A stretch of DNA of 39,660 bases from an uncultured bacterium (lineage in GTDB: Bacteria > Chloroflexota > Chloroflexia > Thermomicrobiales > Thermomicrobiaceae): NCBI GenBank assembly GCA_965285975.1, contig CBDIWR010000361.1:1-39660 (forward strand), written 5' to 3'. Of the stretch, positions 39,142 to 39,660 are shown piece after piece. The notes beneath the pieces were generated by a model. It worked only from the letters and a program-made list of their open reading frames with translations. It was not told the origin of the DNA and made no database searches. Numbering within the stretch: position 1 is the first letter of the stretch; each line of letters opens with the position of its first letter. The position numbers and the translations under genes were made by a program.

Positions 39142-39644
39142 CTCCTCGAAAAGACGTACCTCAGAATCGCGCCGATGATGGCAAAGGCAACTCCGAGCGC
39201 GGCGCCGAACGCGGCGGCGGTCGGAAGGGTGAAGGTCGTCTGGACATTACCCTCAGCCTTGCCGATTAGGATCAGTGCGCGCGAGTCTTCCATCTGTGCC
39301 TTCTGCGCGGTGATCAGGATCGTTTGGCTACGGACCATGCGTACGCTTCCGGCTGAGACCAGCCCGGCGGTGCCGTTTTCCAACACAACCCGCTCGCCCT
39401 TCATCGTCAGCGTCCCGCTCTGGTCCATTCGAATGCTCCGGGCGTCGATGGACCGGGCGCCGGATTGTTCGAGCTTCACGCGCTCAGCGTTGATCTTCTC
39501 GGCACCGCTGCGCTGCAGAACGACCAGTTCCCCTTCGACCCGATCCGCCTCTTCGCCGGATAGCTCGGTCGCGCGGACCACTCGGGGCTCATCGGAATCA
39601 GCCTCGTCGGCCTTCCCGTTGACGGTTGACTCCTCGTCGGCCAT
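39138..39644 (-). CDS. Hypothetical protein with ~15-aa repeats and a C-terminal TM anchor
   Basis: GGAAGGA RBS; repeats VVLQRSGAEKINAER / VKLEQSGARSIDARS / IRMDQSGTLTMKGER; hydrophobic C-terminus. Confidence 0.8.
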   Translation of the reverse strand: MADEESTVNGKADEADSDEPRVVRATELSGEEADRVEGELVVLQRSGAEKINAERVKLEQSGARSIDARSIRMDQSGTLTMKGERVVLENGTAGLVSAGSVRMVRSQTILITAQKAQMEDSRALILIGKAEGNVQTTFTLPTAAAFGAALGVAFAIIGAILRYVFSRR

Positions 39645-39660
39645 GGGATTCCTTCCCTAC

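Noticed and set aside
1-39660. CRISPR array or rRNA
   Set aside because: No regularly spaced direct repeats or rRNA-like sequence seen

Overview
GC-rich bacterial chromosome segment. Gene content and protein style suggest Chloroflexota/Thermomicrobia (inference). It has three zones. (1) 1-12875 is a decaying accessory region: a frameshifted IS110 with recognisable ends and a ~200-nt upstream non-coding segment, a truncated IS1182-like transposase, a cluster of small membrane/DUF genes with an MFS transporter and a GH15 hydrolase, and several gene remnants including an internal xfp fragment. (2) ~12876-20699 is a visibly less GC-rich integrative element abutting tRNA-Asn(GTT). It carries a coupled two-gene cassette (an N-terminal-Gly protein plus a QatC-like QueC enzyme fused to an extra C-terminal regulator-type domain), a small ORF, two paralogous tyrosine recombinases (one with intact catalytic residues, one apparently dead, both with clamp-binding-like motifs), a tRNA-3'-like remnant, a MerR/Xis HTH gene and a large serine recombinase that ends inside the tRNA. 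(3) 20700-39660 is core genome: ROK protein, HEAT-repeat protein, femAB-like, murE, TolB-like lipoprotein, aspS fused to an XRE HTH, mazG/yabN, lepA, murJ, rpsT, holA. The best candidate for an undescribed system is the stand-alone qatBC-like cassette and the three-recombinase element that carries it. All family calls come from motif recognition by eye; no searches were run.
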